From NCBI RefSeq assembly GCF_018398935.1, contig NZ_CP074694.1, positions 600,001-632,000 on the forward strand: a stretch of 32,000 bases of DNA. The letters run 5' to 3'. Below are positions 8,332 to 15,758 of this stretch, in pieces. Origin of the DNA: Telmatocola sphagniphila (lineage in GTDB: Bacteria; Planctomycetota; Planctomycetia; Gemmatales; Gemmataceae). The first letter of the stretch is position 1. Each line of letters starts with the position of its first letter. The notes under the pieces are model-generated. The model was not told the DNA's origin, searched no databases, and was given only the letters and a program-made list of their open reading frames with translations. A program made the translations under genes and the position numbers.

Positions 8332-10088
8332 TTCTGGGGCGGAGCTAATACAGGTGCGGCGGGCACGGCCTGAAATTGCTGAGCTCTGAATGTAGAAAAA
8401 GCCATGACGAAGTATGCGACCAGCCCAGTGCGTACTTCAATTTCCAAACGCTCCCCACCTTTCGTTTTCACAGAGAGCATGTTGAATTTTTCCTGATTGC
8501 CAAAGGCGCCGTACATCGCGGCGGGCATCTGATTTTTGGATAACGCTTTAAGAAATTCGATGGTATGCTTACCGTTGGCTCCCACATCAATCACCGGCAT
8601 TGCCAGCGGTTTGGCTTGAATGGCTTCCGCAATTTTTTGTTCCGCATCGGGACCAATAGCCACATATAACGCGTCTTTCGCGAAAGCGAATTTGATATCC
8701 ATATCCTTGCCGAATACGCTGGTCAGGAAAGGCCCTTTGATTCCGTCAAAATCGGCCTCATTGAGGACATCTTTCAATTTGAAGCTATTCACACTCAGGC
8801 CCTGAACTTTCGTGGCATCCATTTTGAAGAGTTTCTTCAAATCCTCCGGTAGAACACCGATCAATTTCGTTGCCAGAGGCAACAGCGTATCGGCTTCTTC
8901 CAGATGCAGGGCCGCCAGAGCGGTAAATTGATTGTCTTTATTAGGTGCCGAAATGATGTAGGCGAGATCCAGATTGCCTTTTTTGACGCTGGATTGAAGG
9001 CATTTCAGAAATTGCGACGTCAGAGCCGTGCCTTCGGGTAGGGCATTGTCGGCTTTCAAAAATTGGTCGGCCTGGGCGAGTAGTTCGACTCCCAGGTCCC
9101 GAATTTCCGGAGCAAAAAGAGGCATGCGCAGAAACGTGCCATAAGTGAGTTCGGTTTTCGATAAGCTGCCAAAGGAGTTTTCCGGGGTTTTGTAGGCTGC
9201 GATATCTTTGGATAACTCCGTCTTCGCCTGACCATCCAGTGCCAAGTTCACAATAAACTGGAGCAGTTTGCTATCCAGGTCGAGTTTCAGATTAACTTCG
9301 TTCGATTCCATCAATAATTGATTCTGAATTTTTTTAGCCAGGGGAACCAGTTTTTTATGCACGGCCTCTTCTGGAGGGCTCATCGGGGCCGGAATTTCGG
9401 AGAGATGGCTCACGATCTGATCGCTGGCGAATTTCTTCAACTCCTTGGGGATTCGAGTTACATTCAGCTGAAGCGCCAGCAGGTCCTTTTGATTGGGGTC
9501 GATCAACTTTACGAGTTCACCGAGGGCACTGGTTTCAATCGGCTTCGAAGATATCAGAGAAATCCAGGCATAACCTTTTTGAAAACGAAGAAAGGCGGGC
9601 ACGGGCAGATTAGGAACCGAGAGATTATTCAGGCCGTTCTCCGATGGGGTACAGCCGATCTCGTACTTCTTCAGCAGAGTCCGAAACTCGAGTTCGTTGT
9701 TGCAGGGGATCGCTGCCACAGCTTCGCACTTCGAGAAATCGCCATTCAGAATCGAGGCTTCCAAGTTCGAGAACAGACACAAGGGTTTCTTCAGATCCAC
9801 GCCGGGCAGCAATTTGGAGCTGAATTTTTTCTTGAAGAAGATGCTGCTCCAGGTCTCATCCGGACTCTCGCCCTGAGGGCTGGGCCTGCCGACTTGGTTC
9901 ATCATCCCCAGAAATGGAAACAGGGCGGTAGCGGTCTGATAGCTTTCGAAAATTTTACCGTGAATCTGCTCGATGGATTCGGTTTGGAGTCGGACCATCG
10001 GTTTCTCGGCTGCCCGGGATAAAGTGGGAAGCAGAAACAAATTCAAGATACCAATCCACAGAACGGTAGTTTTCATACGCGAGTCCAT
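8328..10088 (-). CDS. Secreted protein of unknown function (586 aa)
   Basis: Long uninterrupted ORF with an N-terminal signal-like segment (MKTTVLWIGILNLFLLPTLSRAAE). Either ATG, at 10088 or 10076, could be the start. Lys/Leu-rich; I recognise no catalytic motif or known domain. Confidence 0.7.
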   Translation of the reverse strand: MDSRMKTTVLWIGILNLFLLPTLSRAAEKPMVRLQTESIEQIHGKIFESYQTATALFPFLGMMNQVGRPSPQGESPDETWSSIFFKKKFSSKLLPGVDLKKPLCLFSNLEASILNGDFSKCEAVAAIPCNNELEFRTLLKKYEIGCTPSENGLNNLSVPNLPVPAFLRFQKGYAWISLISSKPIETSALGELVKLIDPNQKDLLALQLNVTRIPKELKKFASDQIVSHLSEIPAPMSPPEEAVHKKLVPLAKKIQNQLLMESNEVNLKLDLDSKLLQFIVNLALDGQAKTELSKDIAAYKTPENSFGSLSKTELTYGTFLRMPLFAPEIRDLGVELLAQADQFLKADNALPEGTALTSQFLKCLQSSVKKGNLDLAYIISAPNKDNQFTALAALHLEEADTLLPLATKLIGVLPEDLKKLFKMDATKVQGLSVNSFKLKDVLNEADFDGIKGPFLTSVFGKDMDIKFAFAKDALYVAIGPDAEQKIAEAIQAKPLAMPVIDVGANGKHTIEFLKALSKNQMPAAMYGAFGNQEKFNMLSVKTKGGERLEIEVRTGLVAYFVMAFSTFRAQQFQAVPAAPVLAPPQN

Positions 10089-10169
10089 CGGGGAGGAGGA
10101 ATGGAGGATGCCTCAGTATTTCGTACTTAAGGCAGGGCGATTGAACGGAAAAGAACAGAAAATCGCAGA

Positions 10170-10454
10170 TCAGTCGAGAAATTCGTTGCTAGCGGGTTTT
10201 TCCTGCTTGTTGATTTGCTCGACCACCAATGCACAGTAGATCTGCAAGAGCAGGCAGAAAATTCCGAGAAGCAATAACGCGATCGTGGCCAGGATGTACA
10301 CATCCGGTCCAGGACCAGTAGCCATGTGTTTGCCGCTTTCCAGAGCCTGATAGCCGAAGAATCCGGAAACGCTCAATAGGGAGATGCCCGCCACAAGCCA
10401 CCCGATCAGGTTCATGTGGTTGAAGCCAAACAGTTTGTTCAGAAAGTCATTCAC
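10170..10454 (-). CDS. Small membrane protein (two predicted TM helices)
   Basis: 94-codon ORF whose GTG start overlaps the DUF421 stop (GTGA); an ATG alternative lies at 10415. Two hydrophobic stretches, LIGWLVAGISLLSVSGFFGY and VYILATIALLLLGIFCLLLQIYCALVV. No homology recognised. Confidence 0.5.
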   Translation of the reverse strand: MNDFLNKLFGFNHMNLIGWLVAGISLLSVSGFFGYQALESGKHMATGPGPDVYILATIALLLLGIFCLLLQIYCALVVEQINKQEKPASNEFLD

Positions 10455-10954
10455 GGTCTCGGTTCCTCCTCAGGCGGAGCTGCCTTTCTGTCTCTATGCT
10501 GAACAACGGAAATCGAACCGTTATTTTCCAGAATAGCGACTTGCACATCCGAATAAGCGGCGCATCCTGCTAAACGCATAGCCGCTTGCAATTCATGTCG
10601 GGTCAGTTTGGCACTGGCCATGCTTTTTTCGAGCACGTGCCCATTGTGAATGAGTACCAGGGGCTGACCTTCAATTATCGATTCTAATGTCTTACTGCGA
10701 TAAGTCGCCATGCCAACCAGAAAATTCAGCATAACCAGAGCAGTCGCTGAGATCAATCCCCCGGAGACACTATTATCGCCGGCGTTTATGGAATTCTGCA
10801 CGGCGTTGGCCAGCACCAGCAGAAGAACCAGATCGAACGGGGCGAGTTGGCCGACCTGCCTTTTCCCTGTGATTCGCAGGAGAATCAGTAAAAAACCGTA
10901 AACAATTCCCGCACGAATCACCAGTTCCCAAATCGGCACACTTGGGGTGAACAT
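10451..10954 (-). CDS. DUF421 (YetF-like) membrane protein
   Basis: N-terminal TM helices plus GKRQVGQLAPFDLVLLLVLANAVQNSI, which matches the DUF421/YetF signature. The soluble C-terminal domain contains the LTRHELQAAMR block. Confidence 0.8.
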   Translation of the reverse strand: MFTPSVPIWELVIRAGIVYGFLLILLRITGKRQVGQLAPFDLVLLLVLANAVQNSINAGDNSVSGGLISATALVMLNFLVGMATYRSKTLESIIEGQPLVLIHNGHVLEKSMASAKLTRHELQAAMRLAGCAAYSDVQVAILENNGSISVVQHRDRKAAPPEEEPRP

Positions 10955-10988
10955 GGGATCGGCCTCCCGTGGTCAAAGGTAAGGATTC

Positions 10989-11300
10989 TCAAACTTTCAC
11001 GGCCGTTCCGTAAGCCAGGACTTCCGTTGCGGACTGCGCGAATTCGGTGGCATCATATCGCATACCGATGATAGCATTGGCGCCTAATTCCTCGGCATGC
11101 TCCACCATGAGCTTGAAGGCCTCCAAGCGGGCCTGTTCGCAGACTGCCTGAAAAGCTTTATTGTTACCTCCGACGATGGATTTCAATCCGCCCATGATCC
11201 CCTGGCTTATGCTTGGAGAGCGAACAATAATGCCTCGAACCACGCCCATGTACTGTTGAATTACGTGCCCTGCAATGTCGTTGCCTGTAGTGACGATCAT
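10989..11300 (-). CDS. ybjQ: YbjQ family (UPF0145) protein
   Basis: Start placed at MIVTTGNDIAGH (11300). Aligns by eye along its whole length with YbjQ: ...GVVRGIIVRS...GGLKSIVGG...AR..AF..M...A..LGANAIIGMRYD...YGTAVKV. Confidence 0.85.
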   Translation of the reverse strand: MIVTTGNDIAGHVIQQYMGVVRGIIVRSPSISQGIMGGLKSIVGGNNKAFQAVCEQARLEAFKLMVEHAEELGANAIIGMRYDATEFAQSATEVLAYGTAVKV

Positions 11301-11520
11301 CGAATGTAGCTCCAAAAAATGAGAACTTGGAAGCGGCCATTCCAACAAGGAATCGAGCTTGAGTCAAACAATTCTTGGAAGATTTTCGAGCTTCCTCAGG
11401 AAATCACAAACCGTGATCCGCTGCCGCGTTACCCACTAAACTTAATTCGAAGAGCAATCGGTGAAATTGGACCAATCCCAGGCCGGTACAGGATTTTTAA
11501 AGAAGAATCTGCTCCGCCAG

Positions 11521-11548
11521 TGGACACTTCACGTTCAAACGGTATAAT
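11521..11548 (+). promoter_or_regulatory. Candidate sigma70-type promoter for the rpsP cluster
   Basis: TGGACA (11521-11526), a 16-nt spacer, then a perfect TATAAT (11543-11548). This lies about 50 nt upstream of the rpsP GTG start, which is preceded by GAGGG at 11589-11593. Confidence 0.5.
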
Positions 11549-11599
11549 TTCGGTTTCAATATTTTTAGGTTTGGACGGTTTTTTGACCGAGGGTTAGCA

Positions 11600-11902
11600 G
11601 TGGCAGTTCGTATTCGAATGAAACAGATGGGCCGCACCCACCGGCACTTCTACCGGATAGTTGCTATCGATCATCGCCAACCGCGTGATGGTAAGGTGAT
11701 CGAAGACTTGGGAACTTACGATCCTTTCGTAATCGACAAGGATAAGCGAGTGACGCTGATTCCCGACCGCATCAAGTACTGGAAGAGCGTCGGGGCTCAG
11801 GTATCGGATCGCGTCGATACGTTCCTGAACAAGTACATGGCCCGTTTCGAAGCCGAAGCTGCCGCGAATCAGGCTCCACCGGCCAATCCGAACCAGGCTT
11901 AA
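11600..11902 (+). CDS. rpsP: 30S ribosomal protein S16
   Basis: GTG start. (M)AVRIRMKQMGRTHRHFYRIVAIDHRQPRDGKVIEDLGTYDP is canonical S16. Ala/Pro-rich C-terminal tail. Confidence 0.92.
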   Translation: MAVRIRMKQMGRTHRHFYRIVAIDHRQPRDGKVIEDLGTYDPFVIDKDKRVTLIPDRIKYWKSVGAQVSDRVDTFLNKYMARFEAEAAANQAPPANPNQA

Positions 11903-11923
11903 TCGCATCCGGGAAAAGTTGTC

Positions 11924-12628
11924 ATGCGCTTCGATGTGCTGACCCTCTTCCCGGATTTGTTTTCGGGTTACCTGACGCAGAGCATACTGAAGATCGCCAT
12001 CGACCGAAAGCTCGTGGACATCCACACCTGGAATTTTCGCGATTGGTCGAAAAGTAAGCACCACAGCGTGGATGACCGGCCCTATGGCGGCGGACCCGGT
12101 ATGGTGCTGATGTGCGACCCGATTTTTGCCGCGGTCGAAGAAGTTCAGGCAAAAGCGGAAATACCAGGAAAGCTGATAATGCTCACTCCCGGTGGCCGTC
12201 GGCTGAATCAGAGGTTGGTCGAAGAATTGGCACGCGAACCACGCTTGATTCTCCTATGCGGACGATATGAAGGTTTCGACGATCGAATCCGGCAAGGATT
12301 GCAGCCGATGGAGATTTCCATCGGCGATTTCGTCTGTAACGGCGGTGAAGTGCCGTCGATGGTGTTGATCGACACGGTCATTCGCCTCATCCCCGGTGTT
12401 CTGGGGGACGAGCAGAGTGCCGTGGATGAATCGCACAGTGTGGATGGTAGATTAGAATATCCGCAATACACCCGGCCCCGGAACTTTCGGGGAATGAATG
12501 TGCCGGAAGTGCTGTTCAGCGGGAACCATGCTGAAATAGCCCGCTGGCGAGAAGAACAATCGAGACTCCGCAGCCGGGGATCGATAGAACCGAATTTGAA
12601 AGACGAAGAAACAGGAAATTATCCATGA
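11924..12628 (+). CDS. trmD: tRNA (guanine37-N1)-methyltransferase
   Basis: MRFDVLTLFPDLF...; VDDRPYGGGPGMVL; LLCGRYEGFDDR; SIGDFVCNGGEVP. These are the hallmark TrmD SPOUT motifs. Confidence 0.93.
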   Translation: MRFDVLTLFPDLFSGYLTQSILKIAIDRKLVDIHTWNFRDWSKSKHHSVDDRPYGGGPGMVLMCDPIFAAVEEVQAKAEIPGKLIMLTPGGRRLNQRLVEELAREPRLILLCGRYEGFDDRIRQGLQPMEISIGDFVCNGGEVPSMVLIDTVIRLIPGVLGDEQSAVDESHSVDGRLEYPQYTRPRNFRGMNVPEVLFSGNHAEIARWREEQSRLRSRGSIEPNLKDEETGNYP

Positions 12629-13050
12629 AATCCAAACTTATCTCAGCCGTTGAAAAGGCTCAGGTTGCCAAAGCGAGTGAACTGACCGCCAAACAGGCTG
12701 AAGTGCAGAAGTCGAATGTGACCCGTACGATCAATGCGTTCAACATCGGCGATACCGTCGATGTGCACCACTGGATTGAAACAGGCGAGAAGGGCCGTCT
12801 CCAGGTCTTCTCGGGGACCGTCATCGGCCGCAAGGGCGAAGGCATCTGCGAATCGTTCGTCGTTCGCCGCATCGTGCAGGGCGAAGGTGTGGAACGGACG
12901 TTTCCGCTCAATTCGCCCAAGATCGCCAAGATTGAAGTGAAGCGAAGCGGTAAGGTGCGGCGTGCCAAACTTTATTACCTCCGCGACCGCGTCGGTAAGG
13001 CTACCCGCGTCAAGGAACTCAAGGTCAAGACGACCAAACCGGTGGCCTAG
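12625..13050 (+). CDS. rplS: 50S ribosomal protein L19
   Basis: The ATG overlaps the trmD stop (ATGA). FNIGDTVDVHHWI..G.K.RLQVFSGTVIGRKG.G..ESFVVRRI..GEGVERTFPLNSP.I..IEV and KVRRAKLYYLR are canonical L19. Confidence 0.93.
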   Translation: MKSKLISAVEKAQVAKASELTAKQAEVQKSNVTRTINAFNIGDTVDVHHWIETGEKGRLQVFSGTVIGRKGEGICESFVVRRIVQGEGVERTFPLNSPKIAKIEVKRSGKVRRAKLYYLRDRVGKATRVKELKVKTTKPVA

Positions 13051-13102
13051 GCCACTTTTTGCTTGCTCGCTGGCGTTCTACGATTTATTCTCGATAGAAC
13101 CT

Positions 13103-13537
13103 ATGAGCCTGCCCGAGCCCAAAAAAGAATTGTCCTTCACACGCCACCCCTGGTGGCGCAGATGGTTCGGCCGCCGTTCGGAAAAGGCGGCCTATCGTTT
13201 TTTAAGACGCCAGCATTTCAAAATCATCGGCCAGAATCTGGAAGATCACGCCGGCGAAATCGATCTTTTAGCAGTCGATCAGCGAATATTAGTCATTGTG
13301 GAAGTCCGCTCCAGCGAATTTGCCACTCACATGGAACTAGCGGCGTCCGTCAACGCTGAGAAACAGAGACGCCTGACCCAGGCCGCACTCAGATTTCTTC
13401 AACGCCGCCAATTGAAAAATATTCCCGTTCGATTCGATGTTCTGACGATTCGCTGGCCCAGTTCTGCCCGCTATCCCGAGATTAAACATTTCCGGAATGC
13501 CTTCCCGGCGGTGGGCAAATTTCAGATGCATTCGTAG
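13103..13537 (+). CDS. yraN: YraN family (UPF0102) endonuclease-like protein
   Basis: Start placed at MSLPEPKK (13103). The ORF-track extension overlaps rplS in another frame. GRRSEKAAYRFLRRQHFKIIGQNL..HAGEIDLLAVD.RILVIVEVRS and RFDVL match the YraN/PD-(D/E)xK-like pattern. Confidence 0.75.
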   Translation: MSLPEPKKELSFTRHPWWRRWFGRRSEKAAYRFLRRQHFKIIGQNLEDHAGEIDLLAVDQRILVIVEVRSSEFATHMELAASVNAEKQRRLTQAALRFLQRRQLKNIPVRFDVLTIRWPSSARYPEIKHFRNAFPAVGKFQMHS

Positions 13538-13557
13538 AAAAGGGCAGTAATTCGCCT

Positions 13558-14796
13558 TTGGGAAAAAGGATTCTCTCTGTGCTTTCGATCGACCAACAAT
13601 TAGAACACCTCCGCCGGGGTACCGAACAGATCGAACCTGCCGGGGAACTGCGGAAAAAACTCGAAAAAAGTCAGGCTACCGGCAAGCCTTTGCGGGTAAA
13701 ATATGGGATTGATCCCACGGGAATCGATGTCCATCTGGGCCACACCGTTCCTCTGCGTAAACTACGTCTCTTTCAAGAACTCGGCCATCAGGCCGTGCTG
13801 ATCATCGGAAACTATACGGCCCTGGTCGGAGATCCCAGTGGCCGGGATCAGAGCCGGGCGCGATTAACGGAAGAACAGGTCGAGAAGAATGCCATCGACT
13901 ACCTCAAGCAGGTGGCGAAGGTTATCGACATTCAGAAGGCCGAAGTACGCCGTAATGGCGAGTGGTTCTCCAAATTCAGTTTTCTCGACGTGCTCAGTCT
14001 CACCAGCAAAACCACCATTCAACGAATGCTGGAGCGCGACGATTTTACCAAGCGATTTCGAGCGGAACCTTCGGTACCGATCTATATGCATGAATGTCTG
14101 TATCCTCTAATGCAGGGGCACGACAGCGTCGAAATCCATGCCGATATCGAACTCGGCGGCAGTGAGCAACTCTTCAATCTCATGATGGGGCGACGGCTGC
14201 AGGAAATCGATGGCCAGGAGCCGCAAATCTGCATGACCATGCCGATCTTACGAGGGCTCGATGGCAATCGTCGGATGGGCAAAAGCCTCGGCAATTATGT
14301 CGGCATTGGGGAGCCGGCCAACGAACAGTTTGGTAAGACGATGAGCATTCCGGACAGCCTGTTGAAGGAATGGTTCGAACTCTTGACCGATAGACCTGCT
14401 GCCGAAATTGAAGCCCTCATCTCCTCCCATCCCATGGCGGCCAAGAAAACCCTGGGTAAGGATATCGTGTCGTTCTATCATGGTGCCGAAGCGGCCGAAG
14501 CGGCCCAGAAAGAATGGGAAAATCGCTTTTCGAAGGGACAGGATCCCGCGGAAATTCCCGAAGCGATCGTGGCGACTACCGATCTGTTCGAAGGCAAAAT
14601 CAACATCGCGAAACTGGTGGCCGTGTGTGGCCTGGCTAAAAGCAACAGCGAAGCCCGCCAGAAGGTGACTGAAGGGGCCGTGAACGTTGGAGCCGACCGC
14701 ACCAAGATTACCGATCCCAAACAGATGATCGTTCCGGAAGATGGCATGATCATTCGGCTGGGTAGCCGAGGTATCCGCCGACTGAAGGTTCAGTAG
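13558..14796 (+). CDS. tyrS: Tyrosine--tRNA ligase
   Basis: YGIDPTGIDVHLGH (HIGH-type motif), ALVGDPSGR, RMGKSLGN (KMSKS-type), and a C-terminal S4-like domain (SNSEARQKVTEGAVNV). The start is non-ATG (TTG 13558 or GTG 13579), so the 5' end is uncertain. Confidence 0.92.
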   Translation: MGKRILSVLSIDQQLEHLRRGTEQIEPAGELRKKLEKSQATGKPLRVKYGIDPTGIDVHLGHTVPLRKLRLFQELGHQAVLIIGNYTALVGDPSGRDQSRARLTEEQVEKNAIDYLKQVAKVIDIQKAEVRRNGEWFSKFSFLDVLSLTSKTTIQRMLERDDFTKRFRAEPSVPIYMHECLYPLMQGHDSVEIHADIELGGSEQLFNLMMGRRLQEIDGQEPQICMTMPILRGLDGNRRMGKSLGNYVGIGEPANEQFGKTMSIPDSLLKEWFELLTDRPAAEIEALISSHPMAAKKTLGKDIVSFYHGAEAAEAAQKEWENRFSKGQDPAEIPEAIVATTDLFEGKINIAKLVAVCGLAKSNSEARQKVTEGAVNVGADRTKITDPKQMIVPEDGMIIRLGSRGIRRLKVQ

Positions 14797-15632
14797 CCCC
14801 ATTCGATTGGGGTTTTGCCTTCTTTTTCCAGCAATTTATTGATCTGGGAAAATGGCCTGGAACCGAAGAAACCGCTGTCGGCTGAGAAGGGGGACGGATG
14901 GGCCGATTTCAAAACGTGATGCTTCTTCGCATCGATTAATCGACCTTTTTTCTGTGCATAGGCTCCCCACAAAACAAAAATCACTGGATCGACTTTGCGG
15001 TTGATCTCTTCAATGGCGGCATCGGTGAACGTCTCCCAACCGCGATCTTTATGGCTGGTGGGTGTATTTGCCCGGACAGTCAGTACGGCATTGAGCATCA
15101 TTACCCCTTGTTCCGCCCAACTCTTCAGGTAGCCATTTTTTGGCATCGCTATGCCCAGATCGCTCATCAGCTCCTTGAAAATGTTCACTAACGACGGCGG
15201 CGGTTTGACGCCGGGTTTCACCGAGAAGCTCAAACCGTGGGCCTGTCCCTCGCCGTGGTAGGGATCCTGCCCGAGGACCAGGACTTTCAAATCAGCCAGA
15301 CCCGTCAGCTGAAACGCCTGAAAGACCTCGGGTGCCGGTGGATAGACGGCATGCTGCTTGCGCTCGTCGGCCACAAACTGCCGCAGCTCGGCCATGTAAG
15401 GTTTGGAAAATTCTTTGCGGAAGAAGGGCAGCCAGGAGGAGTGTACACTCGGTAAGGGGATACTGGGTTCCGGTTCCTCGGCGGGTTCTGGAACCTGGGC
15501 GACCGCGTTTGACGGCGTCTCCGGAGGATTCTCGAGTTCACTGAATAGATGCAGCGTAGGAGATTTTTTGCTGCTCACAGAACACTCCCGGAGGGCTGAA
15601 ATTCCAATATCATCGCCACGCTCTATTATCAT
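14790..15632 (-). CDS. ung: Uracil-DNA glycosylase, family 1, with N-terminal extension
   Basis: The core matches UNG: VYPPAPEVFQAF, KVLVLGQDPYHGEGQAHGLSFSV, PPSLVNIF, GVMMLNAVLTV, HSPSP-type AHPSPFSA. The start is uncertain. Candidates are ATG 15632, GTG 15578 (GGAG 6 nt upstream), and the ORF-track start 15737. The last would leave only 21 bp to the divergent helicase gene. Confidence 0.88.
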   Translation of the reverse strand: MIIERGDDIGISALRECSVSSKKSPTLHLFSELENPPETPSNAVAQVPEPAEEPEPSIPLPSVHSSWLPFFRKEFSKPYMAELRQFVADERKQHAVYPPAPEVFQAFQLTGLADLKVLVLGQDPYHGEGQAHGLSFSVKPGVKPPPSLVNIFKELMSDLGIAMPKNGYLKSWAEQGVMMLNAVLTVRANTPTSHKDRGWETFTDAAIEEINRKVDPVIFVLWGAYAQKKGRLIDAKKHHVLKSAHPSPFSADSGFFGSRPFSQINKLLEKEGKTPIEWGY

Positions 15633-15758
15633 AGCTGAGGTGTTTTCCGAAACAAAACAGTTAGAAACCCAAATCTTTGCCTTTTCGTTAACGAGTCTTC
15701 TCGATGCTATGGGAGAATCTGTCGTCGGCGCAGGCAAAGTCTGCTTTAATAAAGCTCA

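Noticed and set aside
8328-10088. Possible low-GC (horizontally acquired) signature of the 586-aa gene.
   Set aside because: Hand counts of four 60-nt lines gave 43, 43, 53 and 55 percent GC, against about 60 percent for one pckA line. This is too variable and too sparsely sampled to claim atypical composition. It needs a proper sliding-window GC and codon-usage calculation.
9973-10239. 88-codon plus-strand ORF and the strong GGGGAGGAGG purine run at about 10091-10100.
   Set aside because: The ORF is antisense to the small membrane gene and to the 5' end of the 586-aa gene. The SD-like run is followed only by a 9-codon ORF. It is probably incidental.
11319-11597. 92-codon plus-strand ORF upstream of rpsP.
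   Set aside because: It covers the predicted rpsP promoter and leader, has no recognisable similarity, and ends just upstream of the rpsP start. It is more likely non-coding. I also found no convincing structured RNA in this 299-nt spacer by eye.
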